Counted from the stretch's first letter, positions 23,501-37,197 are shown. The stretch is DNA of 64,000 bases from Macrostomum lignano (GCA_002269645.1 NIVC01003685.1:1-64000); one strand, 5' to 3'. Program-made: numbers and translations. The notes: generated from the letters alone by a model not told the origin.

Positions 23501-26500
23501 CTTAAACAATGGCGGGTATCTAATAATCTATATACCTAAATATACAACTAAAACAAAGACTAAGAACACAGGGAGTCTGGAACAAAGACTGAGAACACAC
23601 CGGGGGTCAGGAACAAGGACTAATAACACACGGGAGTCTGGAACAAAGAATAAGACCACACGGGAGTCTGGAACAAATAATAAGACCACACGGGAGTCAG
23701 GAACAAAGACTAAGAGCACAGAGGAGATGGGGACAGACTAAGAGCACAGAGGAGATGGGGACAGACTAAGAACACATGGGGGAGTCAGGAACAGACTGAG
23801 AACACGGGGAGTTAGGAACAAAGACTGAGAACACAGGGAGTCTGGAACAAAGGCTACTAAGAACACAGAGAAATCAGGAACAGAGACTAAGACTACAGAG
23901 GAGTTTGGAACAAAGACTAGCAAACAGACTAAGAAGACACAGGAGTCACGAATAGACTAGCAACACATACATTAAGAAGCATCCTAACCTGATCAGTCGG
24001 CAGCTTCTGAGCAGCAGCTGCATCTTCATCACCGGCGGTGCCGCTACGCATTTTCTCATGATAAGAATCATATCTCTGCCTAGCCTTGGCCCAGTCCTCA
24101 TTCAGCCTGGCCAGCTGCTTGCACATTTTGCTCAGCGTAGACTCGGCAGCGTCCCACGAATAGCATCGGCTGAGCTCCTGCTTCGGCAGCAGACCTTCGC
24201 CAGAGTCGCCAAGGCAGTCGCCGAACAGCCAGTCGAACACGGCCTGACAATCAACCAGCTGCACTTTCACCAGCTTGTCCAGCAGCACAATCAGCATCTG
24301 CTCATGCCAGCGCCAGCACTCGTACAGCGAGGCCAACACCCGGAGCTTAGCCGCTTGGTTGTCAAGCGGCACCAGAGCTTTGCACACGGAATGGAATTTG
24401 GCCAGAGCTGCGAAACTGTGACTGAAACTCTTGCTGCCCAGGAAGAGCAGGGTGGAGAAGAACACGTCTACCTGCCAGTGCGGGGTTAATGGGTGCGCGG
24501 GTAGAATTGCGACTGTTTAACAGGAACCAGCTAGGAGGCAAGCAGTCTAGGATACAGCCAGATCTACAAGATTTGAGTCTAGAATACAGCCAGATCTACA
24601 AGATTTGAGTCTAGGATAGAGCCAGATCTACAAGATTTGAGTCTAGGATAGAGCCAGATCTACAAGATTTGAGTCTAGAATACAGCCAGATCTACAAGAT
24701 TTGAGTCTAGGATAGAGCCAGATCTACAAGATTTGAGTCTAGGATAGAGCCAGATCTACAAGATTTGAGACTAGGATACAGCCAGATCTACAAGATTTGA
24801 GACTAGGATAGAGCCAGATCTACAAGATTTGAGACTAGGATAGAGCCAGATCTACAAGATTTGAGACTAGGATACAGCCAGATCTACAAGATTTGAGACT
24901 AGGATACAGCCAGATCTACAAGATTTGAGACTAGGATACAGCCAGATCTACAAGATTTGAGACTAGGATACAGCCAGATCTACAAGATTTGAGACTAAGA
25001 TACAGCCAGATCTACAATTGATTTGAGACTAGGATACAGCCAGATCTACAAGATTTGAGTCTAGGATACAGCCAGATCTACAAGATTTGAGTCTGGGATG
25101 ATGGAATCGAATCTACAATCCAGTAAAGCAGACAGCCAGTCAGACAGACGCGAGCTCACCTTGAGCAGCAAGTGTCTCTCGTTCGGGCCGCCATTCTCAG
25201 CACCGCCAGCAGGCACGGGCAGGGTGTTGAGCACCTCGATAGCCCGCTCGGGTGTGCAGCGTTCCCGAATAGCATCGATCAGTCTCTGGGCGGACTGCAC
25301 CACCTCGGGGCTGAAGTCCTCCTCGATGTCGTATTTATAATGACACTCTGGCGGCTTGTCGTGCAGCAGCATCGGGGCCAGGCGCGTACCGAAGCTCTTG
25401 CGCACGTGATCGTAGTAGGAGAAGCGGACCAGCAGCTGGGCGGTGTCGCGCAGGAATACCAGCTTGGGGTGGGAGAATACCAGATCCTGCGGGTAGGGAT
25501 TGAGTAAGGGGGAATGCTGGGGGATGGCGCTTTGGGCACCTAACTGATGTCATGACTGGCTAATTCGATGCCATGACTGGCTAATTGGGTGTCATGACTG
25601 TCTAATTGAATGTCGTGACTGTCTAATTGAATGTCGTGACTGTCTAATTGGGTGTCATGACTGTCTAATTGGGTGTCATGACTGTCTAATTGGGTGTCAT
25701 GACTGTCTAATTGGGTGTCATTACTGTCTACTTGGGTGCCATGACTATCTAATTGGGTGTCATGACTGTCTAATTGAATGTCGTGACTGTCTAATTGGGT
25801 GTCATGACTGTCTAATTGGGTGTCATGACTGTCTAATTGGGTGTCATGACTGTCTAATTGGATGCCGTGACTGTCTAATTGGGTGTCATGACTATCTAAT
25901 TGTATGTCATGACTGTCTAATTGGGTGTCATGACTGTCTAATTGGGTGTCATGACTGTCTAATTGGGTGTCGTTACTGTCTAATTGGATGCCATGACTAT
26001 CTAATTGGGTGTCATGACTGTCTAATTGTACGTCATGACTATCTAATTGGGTGTCGTGACTGTCTAATTGGATGTCATGACTATCTAATTAGGTGTCATG
26101 ACTGTCTAATTGGGTGTCATGACTGTCTAATTGGGTGTCATGACTGTCTAATTGGGTGTCGTTACTGTCTAATTGGATGTCATGACTGTCTAATTGGGTG
26201 TCATGACTGTCTAATTGTATGTCATGACTGTCTAATTGTATGTCATGACTATCTAATTGGATGTCGTGACTGTCTAATTGGATGTCATGACTGTCTAATT
26301 GTATGTCATGACTATCTAATTGGATGTCATGACTGTCTAATTGGGTGTCATGACTGTCTAATTGGGTGGCATGACTGTCTAATTGGGTGGCATGACTGTC
26401 TAATTTTATTTCAAATTGAGTGTCATGACTCATGACTGTCTAATTGATGTCATGACAATCTAATTGGATTTCATGGCTGCCTAGGTCTCAGACAACAGCA

Positions 26501-29500
26501 AGACAAAAAGGTGTCATAGGCTTTAATTCAGGTTTCAAAACTGTCACATTGTAAATTAGCGCAGGGTTAAACTTAATGCCAAGGAGTATCGCGCTCACCT
26601 GGCATTCATCGGTCCAGTCAGACCAGGACCACTGGTACTTGCACTGGCTCAGGTGATAGGAGAACCACTTAGCCAGCCTGCTCAGGCACTCGGCATTGAG
26701 CCCGTTGATTCTATCGAACAAACTAAACGTTGCCTGGGCAACCACATTCGGCATGGTCTCCGGGTCCTCTTTGCACAGCTCGATGAGCAGAGAGCAGTAG
26801 AACAGGTGCAGCAGGTCAGACTGGGGCAGACGGAGCATCTGGCCCATGACCAGCTCGGTAATCATGTAGGGCAGCGGCACGCGGACTCCGAAACGGGCGC
26901 TCAGCAGGGCTTTGGCGCACTCTTTGCGATCGTGATAGTGGCAGGCGATGAGGGCTGACAGGTGCTCCTCTACTAGGTAGCGCTCGATTGAGTGCTCGCC
27001 TTGAATAGTGAGTAGGGATGGGGGTTACAGGCTTTCTTATCTTCTTTGATGAGTTGCATTGGGAGGCTCCGAGAAGCATCAGGGAGGTTGGCCCAGCAAC
27101 TGAGGATCTGGGAGGTTGGCCCAGCAACTGAGGATCTGGGAGGCTGGCCCAGCAACTGAGGATCTGGGATGCTGGCCCAGCAACCGAGGATCTGGGAGGC
27201 TGGCCCAGCAACTGAGGATCTGGGAGGCTGGCCCAGCAACTGAGGATCTGGGATGCTGGCCCAGCAACTGAGGATCTGGGAGGCTGGCCCAGCAACTGAG
27301 GAGCTGGGAGGCTGGCCTAATTGGGGATCTGGGAGGCTGGCCAAGCAACTGGGGATGTGGACCACTGTGACGTAAAGAATGATACTAAAGCCATCTACTG
27401 TAACACCTATAGCATTGAACTGCTTATCTAATCTAGGTACGCAGCCCAGCCACTCACCAGGCAGCGCGGGGCCATCCTCGGGCACGTCAGTGTAGTCAAA
27501 CAAGCGGAACACGGTCCTCGGCGGCGGGTAGCTGCTGGTCGAGCTGCCGATGGCTGCCGACGCCTCCTCGTGCGGCTGCGGCGCAATGGCGGCTGGCAGG
27601 CTGTGACAGACGGCGTCAGGCGAAGCGAGCATGGAGGCGAAGGCCTCGAATCGGAGGCTGCACTTCTCGCGCCAGTCAGCTTTGGCGAGGGATTGGATCT
27701 GGGGAGGATGTAAAGGGTCAGGGGTTGGTGTATAAGACTACGGATAGTCAATAGTCAGTACACAGACAGACAGACAGACAGACAGGCATCTCACCTGATG
27801 CCACAGGCTGTCAATCCAGTCCTCCTGCCCAGCCAGGCTCTGCACGGCGGTCACGTGATTCAGACTTCGCCTGGCCCGGTAGCTGTCCACGCTGCTGAGC
27901 AGCTGCATCAGCTCAGTCCGGTGCTTCTCAGCCAGGGGGGCCGCAGCCCAGGGCAGGCTGGCCAGCACCAGGTGGACGAAGAAGTCCGACCTGATAATTA
28001 AGCAGGGTCAGCTCAGATGGGTAAAGTGTGTCATCAAGTTTGCTGAGTAGTTTAGATAGGCAGTTATCCCAACCTTCACTCCTTCGGGGCAGTTTCTAAA
28101 CCCCCAGGACAGAGTCCTAAACTTCAGAGCAGTGTCTAAACCCCTAGGACAGAGTCCCAAACTTCAGGACAGTGTCTAAACCCCTAGGACAGAGTTCCAA
28201 ACTTCAGGGCAGTGTCTAAACCCCCAGGACGGAGTCCCAAACTTCAGGACAGTGTCTAAACCCCCAGGAGGGAGTCCCAAACTTCAGGACAGTGTCTAAA
28301 CCCCCAGGAGGGAGTCCCAAACTTCAGAGCAGTGTCTAAACCCCTAGGACAGAGTTCCAAACTTCAGGGCAGTGTCTAAACCCCCAGGACGGAGTCCCAA
28401 ACTTCAGAGCAGTGTCTAAACCCCCAGGAGGGAGTCCCAAACTTCAGGACAGTGTCTAAACCCCCAGGACAGAGTCCCAAACTTCAGGACAGTGTCTAAA
28501 CCCCCAGGACAGAGTCCCAAACTTCAGGACAGTGTCTAAACCCCCAGGACAGAGTCCCAAACTTCAGGGCAGTGGTTAACTTTCAGGAAAGAGTCTTAGA
28601 CTTCAGGGCAGCGTGTATACCTGGCCTGCGGAATGCCTTCTTCCAGGGTGACGCCCAGAAAAGAGTTGAACAGTTGTAGCAGCGAGGCGGGTGCCACAAC
28701 CCGGTAGTTAACCAGCTCGGCTAGGAACCGAACAGTGCATAGCAGGTTGGACCAGCTGGTGCCGCTCTGCAGCTCTGTGCGCAGCTCCTTCACGAGCCGC
28801 TCCAGAAACTGTTAAACACACAGAATTTAGCTGAATAATGAAGCCTCGTAGCTCAAAATTGAAGCCTAACTTGAACTATTAACTGAACCCTAACCTGAGC
28901 CATGAACTGAACCCTAACCTGAACTATGAACTGAACCCTAACCTGAACTATGAACTGAACCCTAACCTGAACTATGAACTGAACCCTAACCTGAGCCATG
29001 AACTGAACCCTAACCTGAACTATGAACTGAACCCTAACCTGAACCATGAACTGAACCCTAACCTGAACCATCAACTGAACCCTAACCTGAACCATCAACT
29101 GAACCCTAACCTGAACCATCAACTGAACCCTAACCTGAACCGTGAACTGAACCCTAACCTGAACCATGAACTGAACCCTAACCTGAACCATGAACTGAAC
29201 CCTAACCTGAACCATCAAATGAACCCTAACCTGAACCATCAACTGAACCCTAGCCTGAACCATCAACTGAACCCTAACCTGAACCATCAACTGAACCCTA
29301 ACCTGAACCATCAACTGAACCCTAACCTGAACCATCAACTGAAGCCTAATCTGAACCATGAACTGGAGCTTAACCTATATTTTAATTTAAACATGGAAAA
29401 GTTTTAAGTTTTAAATATGAACCAGAAACAAAACGATAATTATAAGGAGCATTTACCTCACCAACAAAAGCATGATTTTTTAGGTTAATCAAGCCAACCA

Positions 29501-30507
29501 ATGTGCCATACACTCGCAGCTTGTCAGGTCGCTCAGATGCACTGTTTAAAAGTTGAGACAAGTATATATTTATATGATTTATAATTACATAAATCAAATG
29601 TTTGCATGATTGTTCTAGTTATCTATAACTTACCAGGCGACAAGAACTTCAATAATAGCGTCTTTAAACTTGGGAATTTCGCTTTCCAACACCATAGACA
29701 GGTCGTGGACATTATTCTGCACTGTTTCATGCTGCTCGATGGTTGACTGAAGTTGAGAATATATGGTTCTGTGTTACATATTTCTCAATAGTGAGTGACT
29801 CAAATTTTAAAGTAATAAATAACCTACATGATTGCCCAACTGAGCAATTAAGTCTTCTAATCTTTCTTTAGCAATGAGTTCTTCATACTCAAGCCGAGAT
29901 CGCTTGGATCTGCTGCCTGTGTGCAAATGGATAGTGATAAATTATCGTTAATTATGCTGATGAGTAGGTAATAAAAATATTATTATGGTCATAGCAATTT
30001 CAATGTTTCAGATATCATAAATTGTAAAATATGGATTGATTAAATTATTGATAATTAAGTGTGTTCCACTGAAATGAATATCCTACCATAGGAATATTCA
30101 TAGGTAAAACTACAGCTGTTTCTATTGGTGTATCAATAACTACTATTATAGGTACCAATTTTGTCATTGAGTTTTTATAGCAGCCATATTTACAGCTATA
30201 ATATTAATTAGGCTTAGGCTTTTGTGAATCCTACTTTTGAGAGCTAAAAAAAGCTTTTAAAATCCCAAAAAATGTTTATACCTGAGAGAAAAAATACTGT
30301 CCAATAGCAACTTACAAGCATGTGTGTGCTGCCAATAGAAATGGCTGGGTGAATCCCTAGGTTGCACCTAAGCATGTGAGTTTCAATAATCAATTTAGGT
30401 TTAGGATCTTATTGAAAGTGATCTTTTTCATGAAAATTCATAAAATTATTAAAATAATTGAGGTTTGTTCATATACCTTGAAATTGTCTATTTGTATGTC
30501 TGTCCAT
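20180..30507 (-). CDS. NCBP1: Nuclear cap-binding protein subunit 1 (CBP80)
   Basis: Exons (minus): 30507-30477, 29916-29828, 29746-29634, 29541-29457, 28808-28621, 27990-27795, 27698-27458, 26999-26599, 25486-25160, 24471-23989, [23372-23175 candidate], 21949-21695, 20296-20180, all phase-consistent. Motifs match CBP80: [95 protein letters not shown]. The first exon and the last two are less certain than the core. Confidence 0.93.
20337..20610. repeat. (GACA)n microsatellite
   Basis: Long (GACA)n tract in the last NCBP1 intron. Confidence 0.95.
21097..21677. repeat. 18-bp minisatellite (ccagatccctacaagacg), NCBP1 intron
   Basis: About 32 tandem units; source of the spurious PDPYKT/RQIPTR ORFs. 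Confidence 0.95.
22273..23210. repeat. 66/72-bp minisatellite derived from an exon 3' end plus splice donor
   Basis: About 14 units of cactagctactcacactactgcagctcagtagtatctgagactgtgagcgatctgagcccc(agcccc)agccc. On the minus strand each unit contains CTCAGATACTACTGAGCTGCAGTAGT/GTGAGT. Confidence 0.95.
23550..23960. repeat. Degenerate ~30-bp minisatellite, NCBP1 intron
   Basis: Recurrent ggaacaaagactaagaacacacgggagtc-like units. Confidence 0.85.
24547..25097. repeat. 32-bp minisatellite, NCBP1 intron
   Basis: ctaggatacagccagatctacaagatttgagt x ~17. Confidence 0.95.
25546..26487. repeat. 21-bp minisatellite, NCBP1 intron
   Basis: catgactgtctaattgggtgt x ~44. Confidence 0.95.
27078..27358. repeat. 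28-bp minisatellite, NCBP1 intron
   Basis: gaggatctgggaggctggcccagcaact x ~10. Confidence 0.95.
28089..28574. repeat. 40-bp minisatellite, NCBP1 intron
   Basis: cagtgtctaaacccccaggacagagtcccaaacttcagga x 12. Confidence 0.95.
28861..29365. repeat. 24-bp (2x12) minisatellite, NCBP1 intron
   Basis: ctgaaccctaacctgaaccatgaa x ~21. Confidence 0.95.
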
Positions 30508-30590
30508 ATTCTAGTGCTCATTATTCTTGTGAGTTATGAAACTTTCAAATTTCATGATGTTCATGAAACTTCATTTATGAAGTTTCAAGT

Positions 30591-30887
30591 CATACATGCG
30601 CAACAGTCGGCCGAGTCGGCCGATCTGGCCGACCGATTTGGCGACCAACCAAGGAAGTCGCAAAAATGCCCACCCGAAAAAATACCAAAGTAGTAGTACT
30701 AAGTAGCTGACGAGGCATTTTGACTTAATAAGACAGTCATAGTTACTCCTGCCGTTTATCCAAAGTTGCGTTAATTTTGAGTCAGGGTTTTTTATATGTA
30801 AGTCGCATTTTTGGCCAAAAACTACGTCGCATTTTTGTTAAAATGAAGTTGCATGGCCGACCGAATTTTGGAGGTTGCGCATGTATG
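30591..30887. mobile_element. hAT-type MITE family A, copy 1
   Basis: TIR CATACATGCGCAAC...GTTGCGCATGTATG; perfect 8-bp TSD TTTCAAGT; two further copies in the window. Confidence 0.9.
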
Positions 30888-31027
30888 TTTCAAGTGCATA
30901 GTAAATACTTATTTTTGTTAGCAATTTGGGTGTTAATTTGTACCTAAGCAAAAATACAGTATGTATATTAAAAATCAAGGTGCAAATTGAGATTTTTTGC
31001 TACCATTATATATTAGTATGTATAAAC

Positions 31028-31457
31028 TGAGGCGGCGTATTGGTTTGCAGGGTCAGACTCTTGAGTTATTGATCTATATATTTTATTGAACCTATGAGCC
31101 AATGCCTTCTTACACCCGAAGTGTTCAGATGTACATATTCACTCTAAGCACTTTATTTATTTTATGCCTTCTGTGCGCGCACTGCACCAACCACCCCAAT
31201 ATTATCACTATCGTGTTTGCTATATATCGTTAGTTTTCTCTCGCTTTGAAATCGTGAAATACAATAGCATTTTGACCATGCATAATTAAGCTAGACTTGT
31301 TTCATTCAATCGACGACACGTCAATGGCATCGCAAGCAGTTAGACAGAGCCAAGAGCTCAATTTGGAAGATGCAGAGATGGCTGAGGCTTGGATGCAACA
31401 GCTATCGGCGACAGCACGTATCAAGAAGCTCGCCGACTCCGACGAAGCTCGTCGGAG
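31028..31457 (+). mobile_element. Truncated LTR-retrotransposon-like fragment (TG..CA segment plus gag-like 5' ORF) flanked by a 116-bp direct duplication
   Basis: Begins TGAGGCGG, with a CA end near 31262, then an ORF MASQAVRQSQELNLEDAEMAEAWMQQLSATARIKKLADSDEARR. Flanks 30912-31027 and 31458-31573 are identical. The LTR/gag identity is inferred. Confidence 0.5.
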
Positions 31458-32977
31458 TTTTTGTTAGCAATTTGGGTGTTAATTTGTACCTAAGCAAAAA
31501 TACAGTATGTATATTAAAAATCAAGGTGCAAATTGAGATTTTTTGCTACCATTATATATTAGTATGTATAAACATTCAACTTACATCTTTAGTGGAATAA
31601 AAGATGATGCAAATTTGTATCATTCCTTAAAAATGTAGGTTTAAGTTCATCAAAAATACACCAAAATCAAACTGTATAAATAATGTAGACTTTGATAATA
31701 TATTTTATATGACTCTTTCCTAATTCTTAAATACTGCTAGTGCTAGGCTGAATCTATCTTTCTTGGTAGTATTTCTTAGTAGAGGTTAGGTAATATCCTA
31801 TTCTTATAAACAGTCAAGCAGTCAATCAAAGTAATATCAAAATTTGTTAACTCTCTTTTCAGTTAGAGTTAGACTTTGGTTAGAATTTGTTAGCTTATCA
31901 AGCTAATCTCTGATATAATCTCAATTAGCTAATCTTAAATTCAGACTTATCTTTATTCTTAAATGATTTTTCAAACAACCCTTAATTTATAGACATACTA
32001 CAACATGGCATTGGTGCTTTGCAAAACAGCTGAACAATTGGAAGTAGAAGAGGCTAAGACAGAATTGCTAGCATGTATTGAACACATACTAGTGTGTCAA
32101 TGATGTAATATTTGTAGATAAGACACCAAAGTTCAATAAGAGATCAATTGTCAATATGTGTAACAAAATTCACCAATGGCTAGATTGGAACCAGTCTAAC
32201 AAGACAAGGCAAGAGCTAGAATACCAGCTAGACAAGCTACTAAAAATCTATAGCCTAATTATTTCTAAAGTCTACAATGTGGTTAGAGACTAAGAAGTCA
32301 ATTGAGTTTGACTGAGTCAATTAAGTCAAGTAAGGCTTGATTAATTTATTGGAACATTAAATGTTACTGTTTTTATTCTGGTTAACCATACTATAATATA
32401 TTATTATATAATATTGCTATAATAAGCAATATATTACTGCTTAATTATGTATATTATGTAATCCCTTTCTTTGACTTTTCTTGCAATTGTAATAGTGGAT
32501 TGAAATGCTAATATATGTATTATAAAAATGTACTTATTGTGTTCTAAACACTTATTTCTATGCCTCTTGTCACTTTGTTTATTAACAAGAAAGCCTTATT
32601 AATAATATTAAATAGTATTGTTATTTGGCAATGGCTCAATAATTGCTTCATTGTTCTATTTGAATGATTAGCTATTAGATCTAATAATGTCTATCACATT
32701 TTTGCAAAGTTAAATTTCAAATTCAAAAGGCTTTTTGGTACATTTTTTCATTTAGATATTTAAATCAATGAATCAATAATAATAATAATAATAATAACCA
32801 AATAATCAATATTTAAGCAAATTGGCTTTTATAAAATAAGTAACAGTTTTTAGGCTTTTTTTTAAAAGCAGAAATACCAAGAGCAAGGAAATCACTTTGA
32901 CAATTTTCACTAATTTAATCTACATGGTCAAGCAGTACTAATTTGCATATAGATATTCTGAATATATTCTGCACCTG

Positions 32978-33732
32978 TGACGTTGCCAGTTTGAGGTGGT
33001 CCCGAAAAGGGCCGTCGGACTATAATTTCCCTTGTAATTTCTCATATTAATTCCTCCAATAGTTTATTTTAACGTTTACTTATAGTAGCGTGCAAATAAT
33101 TTTTATCAACTGCTAATTCACTGTGTATTTGATAGACCTTGCGCCCGTCTGTAAATTTTGGCACGATCAATAATTTTAAGTTCTCTCGCCAGCCAATGAA
33201 AACCACTCGTGCTTTGCGCTACCCCCCCTCTGCGCTCCTTTATTAAACCCCCCGTCTGGCGGCGGGCTGGTTTTTCACCTTCTTCCTTTCTTTCTTTCCT
33301 TCTTTCTTCCTTTTGTTCTGCCGTCCCTTCGCGGCCTTGTTTTCCTTCTCTCTGTCTGGGCCAGCCTGTTTACACTGCCTGCCACTGTCTGCCACGGCTA
33401 ACGCCAATCTCACCATTACGCATCTGCCACTATTGTACTCATCGCCGTTACTCACCACGTTGCATCGTCTCGCATCACTCGCCTACCACTTGACTACAAT
33501 CTCTAACTCACCTTCAATTCAAAACCATTGTTGCAGCTGCCAGTGCCCCAAAAGCGCAATAAGTTCTATATTGATATTAACCACATCAAATATTGATCTC
33601 AACAATAATAACCAACTATGGCCAGTTTCTGGCCTTGTGTGCCAAGTGCTCCGCTACACAAATCCGCTATCAAGACTTGACTCGATTCATTTGGGACTAA
33701 AATGGCCCTTTTAAGGGTCACGGACAACATCA
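32978..33732. mobile_element. Possible LTR-like remnant
   Basis: GC-richer segment bounded by TGACGTTGCC ... GACAACATCA (imperfect inverted termini). No TSD found. Confidence 0.3.
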
Positions 33733-33768
33733 AATAACGTGACTTTTTTGAATTTGAATTTGAATTTT

Positions 33769-33802
<34 letters not shown>

Positions 33803-35950
33803 TTTTTTCATTAATTCTAGGAAAAATGACCTTTGGACAAAACAGTCTAAAAAGGTGGCAACTTAATTCTAGCATTAGGTATGCCTACATTGTTTTGTTT
33901 AGATGCAACAAAAATTTTTGGCGGGAGTTCCCTATGGTACCTAATTAGGGCAGCAAAGTAGATTAGTATTTATACTATTAAAGAATTTTCTAAACAGCAT
34001 TTTAGCAAATATATTACTATTATGTATTAAGCTTTAAATATTTTAGGATTTTTAAACAATCACTTGTACAGAATGAATATAGCACTTTGATGCCACAATG
34101 ATTTTTTATAACAATTATGGTTAATTAAGATTGTTAGACCACTACTTAATAAAAGTAGCAAGCATTGTAGTTTTCATTTCAATTGGCAAAATTAACTTCT
34201 CAGCCTGAAGCAAACTGCTTTTGCTTACTAGCTAGGTATATAATATAGTGGAGCTATTGATTACAAAATATTTATCATTCTTTTTATGAAGATGCTGCTT
34301 ATTATTGACTAATTCAGACCTATGTATCAAACACGACAACAAACAGAGGTTATCTTGTATCAGTGGCTGCTTATGTGAAAAATTGTGACATAAAATGCAA
34401 GCACTTTTCTCACTCCTACAATTCAACACTATTGCCTCAGTAAATAGTATCATAACTTTGAAGATGATAGCATCTTCATTCATCATGAGTAGTTGCAATT
34501 TAAAAGGCATACTTATGTTTATGTACAGCCAATGGCTGGGAAAAAGGTTTTAGGAACTGAAAGTGAATATCACTGAAAGTGATGCCTGAATTATCACAAT
34601 GCCTAGCAAGGCTATTGGAACCTTTATCTAGAAAATTCTACTAATGCCATTAGGCATTATGCTATATTGCATTAACAATTTGAATTTTTAAAGGATATTA
34701 TTGCTACTGATATACTTGTAGAAATGCATACTAATGCTACTAGATAATTGCTGAAGAAAAGCCAAGAATATAGACTATAAGACTCTTCATTCTAATACCA
34801 CTATATTAACAAAGTAGGTTGCTGCTATTCTAATATCAGAGGCATTTTGGAAGAAACAAAGATAGAGAAAATTTTCTACTAGTTATAATTAATATTGCTT
34901 TACTTTGTTAGGCACAGAGACAAGCATATAGCAAGCCAATTGAAAGGGACCATATATATTTGTCATATATTTTAGCTAGGTATTGATTGATAATATATTG
35001 TGCTTTACTGTTAGCTTGGACATAATCAGGTATTTTTTCATCATCATTTAACCAATTGAATAGGATTTCAGTATTAGCTAAATGTTATTACACAGTATTA
35101 CAATGCTTTTAGATGATTTTAGGTTTTACAAAAGAAGTTGCCTTGCTTTGTAAGGGAGGATATGCTTTGCTACTTAGGCTATCATGTGTCATGATAAAAA
35201 AGGCATACAAATGCAACTGCAATTGCACATGCAACTGCAATGTTGCTAAGCATAATTCTAGAACAATAGCATTTCTACTTGCTCTATATTAGCTTCAGCA
35301 AGCAAATGGCAACAACAATTAACCTATTTAGGTCAATAATAGCAATGAATATCAGGATTTCTACCAATCTGAAATAAGACCTTTACTACTGAACTATTAA
35401 AATAAATGGGCTTTCTTGAGATGACTGATATTTATATAATATTTCTTTTGTTGATCATAGCAGTCCACATTACACGCTAAGTATCTATAACCATTGGCTA
35501 TCTAAAAACATTACTTTTAATTTTCTTTATCTAAACATATAGATTTAATGATTATTTCCAGATTTTTAGTACTATTAGACAATATTTTCCTATTATACAC
35601 TTTGTTCCATATAAAGTGTACATGGGGACATAGTATACTTCTAAGCAAGTTACTCGTCTTTATTTTGTTTTATAATTGATTCTATTTTAATGAACTATCC
35701 ACAAATTAGCTGGCCAAATCTAATGCCAACTATTCTAAGCAAGTATCCAATCCAGTAGGTTAAATTTCAGCTGCAATTTTTTTTATTATACTCTTTGCTG
35801 AATACATTGTATTATAGGCTAAACTAATGGATTGTATATCAATAATGTCAGATTATATGAAATATCAAGCTAAAATCTAATATACTCTAATGTATTAGTC
35901 AACCATTTCTGCCATTGAGCTTTAATCTATTTGTGGCAAACAATGCTAAC

Positions 35951-36249
35951 CATACATGCGCAACAGTCGGCCGAGTTGGCCGATCCTGCTGACCAATTTG
36001 GTGGCCAACCAAGGAGGTTGCAAAAATGCTCACCCGAAAAAATATCCAAGTAGTAGTACTATGTAGCTGACAAGGCATTTTGACTTAATAAGACAGTCAT
36101 AGTTACTCCTGCCATTTCCTTAAAGTTGCGTTAATTTTGCAGTTACGGTTTTTTTACATGTAAGTCGCATTTTTAGCCAAAAACTACGTCACATTTTTGT
36201 TAAAACTAAGTCGCATGGCCGACCGAATTTTGGAGGTTGCGCATGTATG
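35951..36249. mobile_element. hAT-type MITE family A, copy 2
   Basis: Same TIRs; perfect 8-bp TSD ATGCTAAC. Confidence 0.9.
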
Positions 36250-36469
36250 ATGCTAACCATTAGCAATAAAAATAATGAATAATAATGTCTAGATAAGTGA
36301 TTGTTGCTAAAGTTTTGCTGTGATTCTAAACTCATTTAATCATATCATAATCATATCATCCAATATTATAATAAATTATATAATGCTACAATTTTTTTAA
36401 TATAAATTTCAATTTTTCTTGTTTATCATTAAGCATTAACAGCATGTTTTTTCTTAGTACTTGACTGGC

Positions 36470-37197
36470 GACAACTCATTGCTCCAGGTGCGACCGCACC
36501 AGGTGCTAGAGCCCCACTAAAGGACACATCGTGAGGACAGTGTGGACATGGAGCTGACGATTGCCACCCTGAGATGGCAGCTCATCTCTGCTCGCCCAAC
36601 TGAGACACAAGGAGTGGGCCCGGGCCCCAGCAGTGCGCAGGCTATGGCGGTGACTTTTGGAGCTGTCAGCTTGACGCCTACACTGGGATGTTAGCCCTGG
36701 CCTACAACGACCCGAATTGGCGGGCCACACTTTAGGCTAGTGCCATCGTCACTGGCCATGACAGCTAGCCCCGACTCCTGCCAATCCTGCAGCCTGGTGA
36801 GGCCCCCACCTGCGATGCCGAGGTTCAGACCGAAAAACTAGTCCCAGACACGCCATCTACCTACACTTGGGCCGACCTGGCTGAAGAGCTCTGCGGTGCC
36901 TTCCCAACGGCACCCCCGAGCTCACCCGCAGGTCTGGCCAAGGTAGAGTCGGCGCAGGAACTCAGCCCGGAGGACTCAGTAAAGGATGGCGCAGCCTTCT
37001 TGGCCACACTCTTTGTCGCCACGGCTCAACGGGGCGAAGAACCCAACTTTGTGGAGCCTACTTGGACCCGGCTGCAGTCTCTTTCCAACCAGGACTGGCA
37101 GGAGACAGTCAACCGCGCTGCTGCCCTCGTGGATGACGCCATCCAGGCTCCGGAGTTCCTGACGACCTTGCGCAGCGTGGCCCAACTTGCTGTTTAG
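36470..37197 (+). pseudogene. Decayed ORF of unknown, probably mobile-element, origin
   Basis: One frame reads ...QPGEAPTCDAEVQTEKLVPDTPSTYTWADLAEELCGAFP...EFLTTLRSVAQLAV* (open for ~135 codons). Upstream in-frame TAG/TGA stops are consistent with CAG/CGA C-to-T changes. Confidence 0.4.

Noticed and set aside
34220-34260. Harbinger transposase GAID motif
   Set aside because: Four-residue match in heavily decayed DNA with no supporting downstream motifs.
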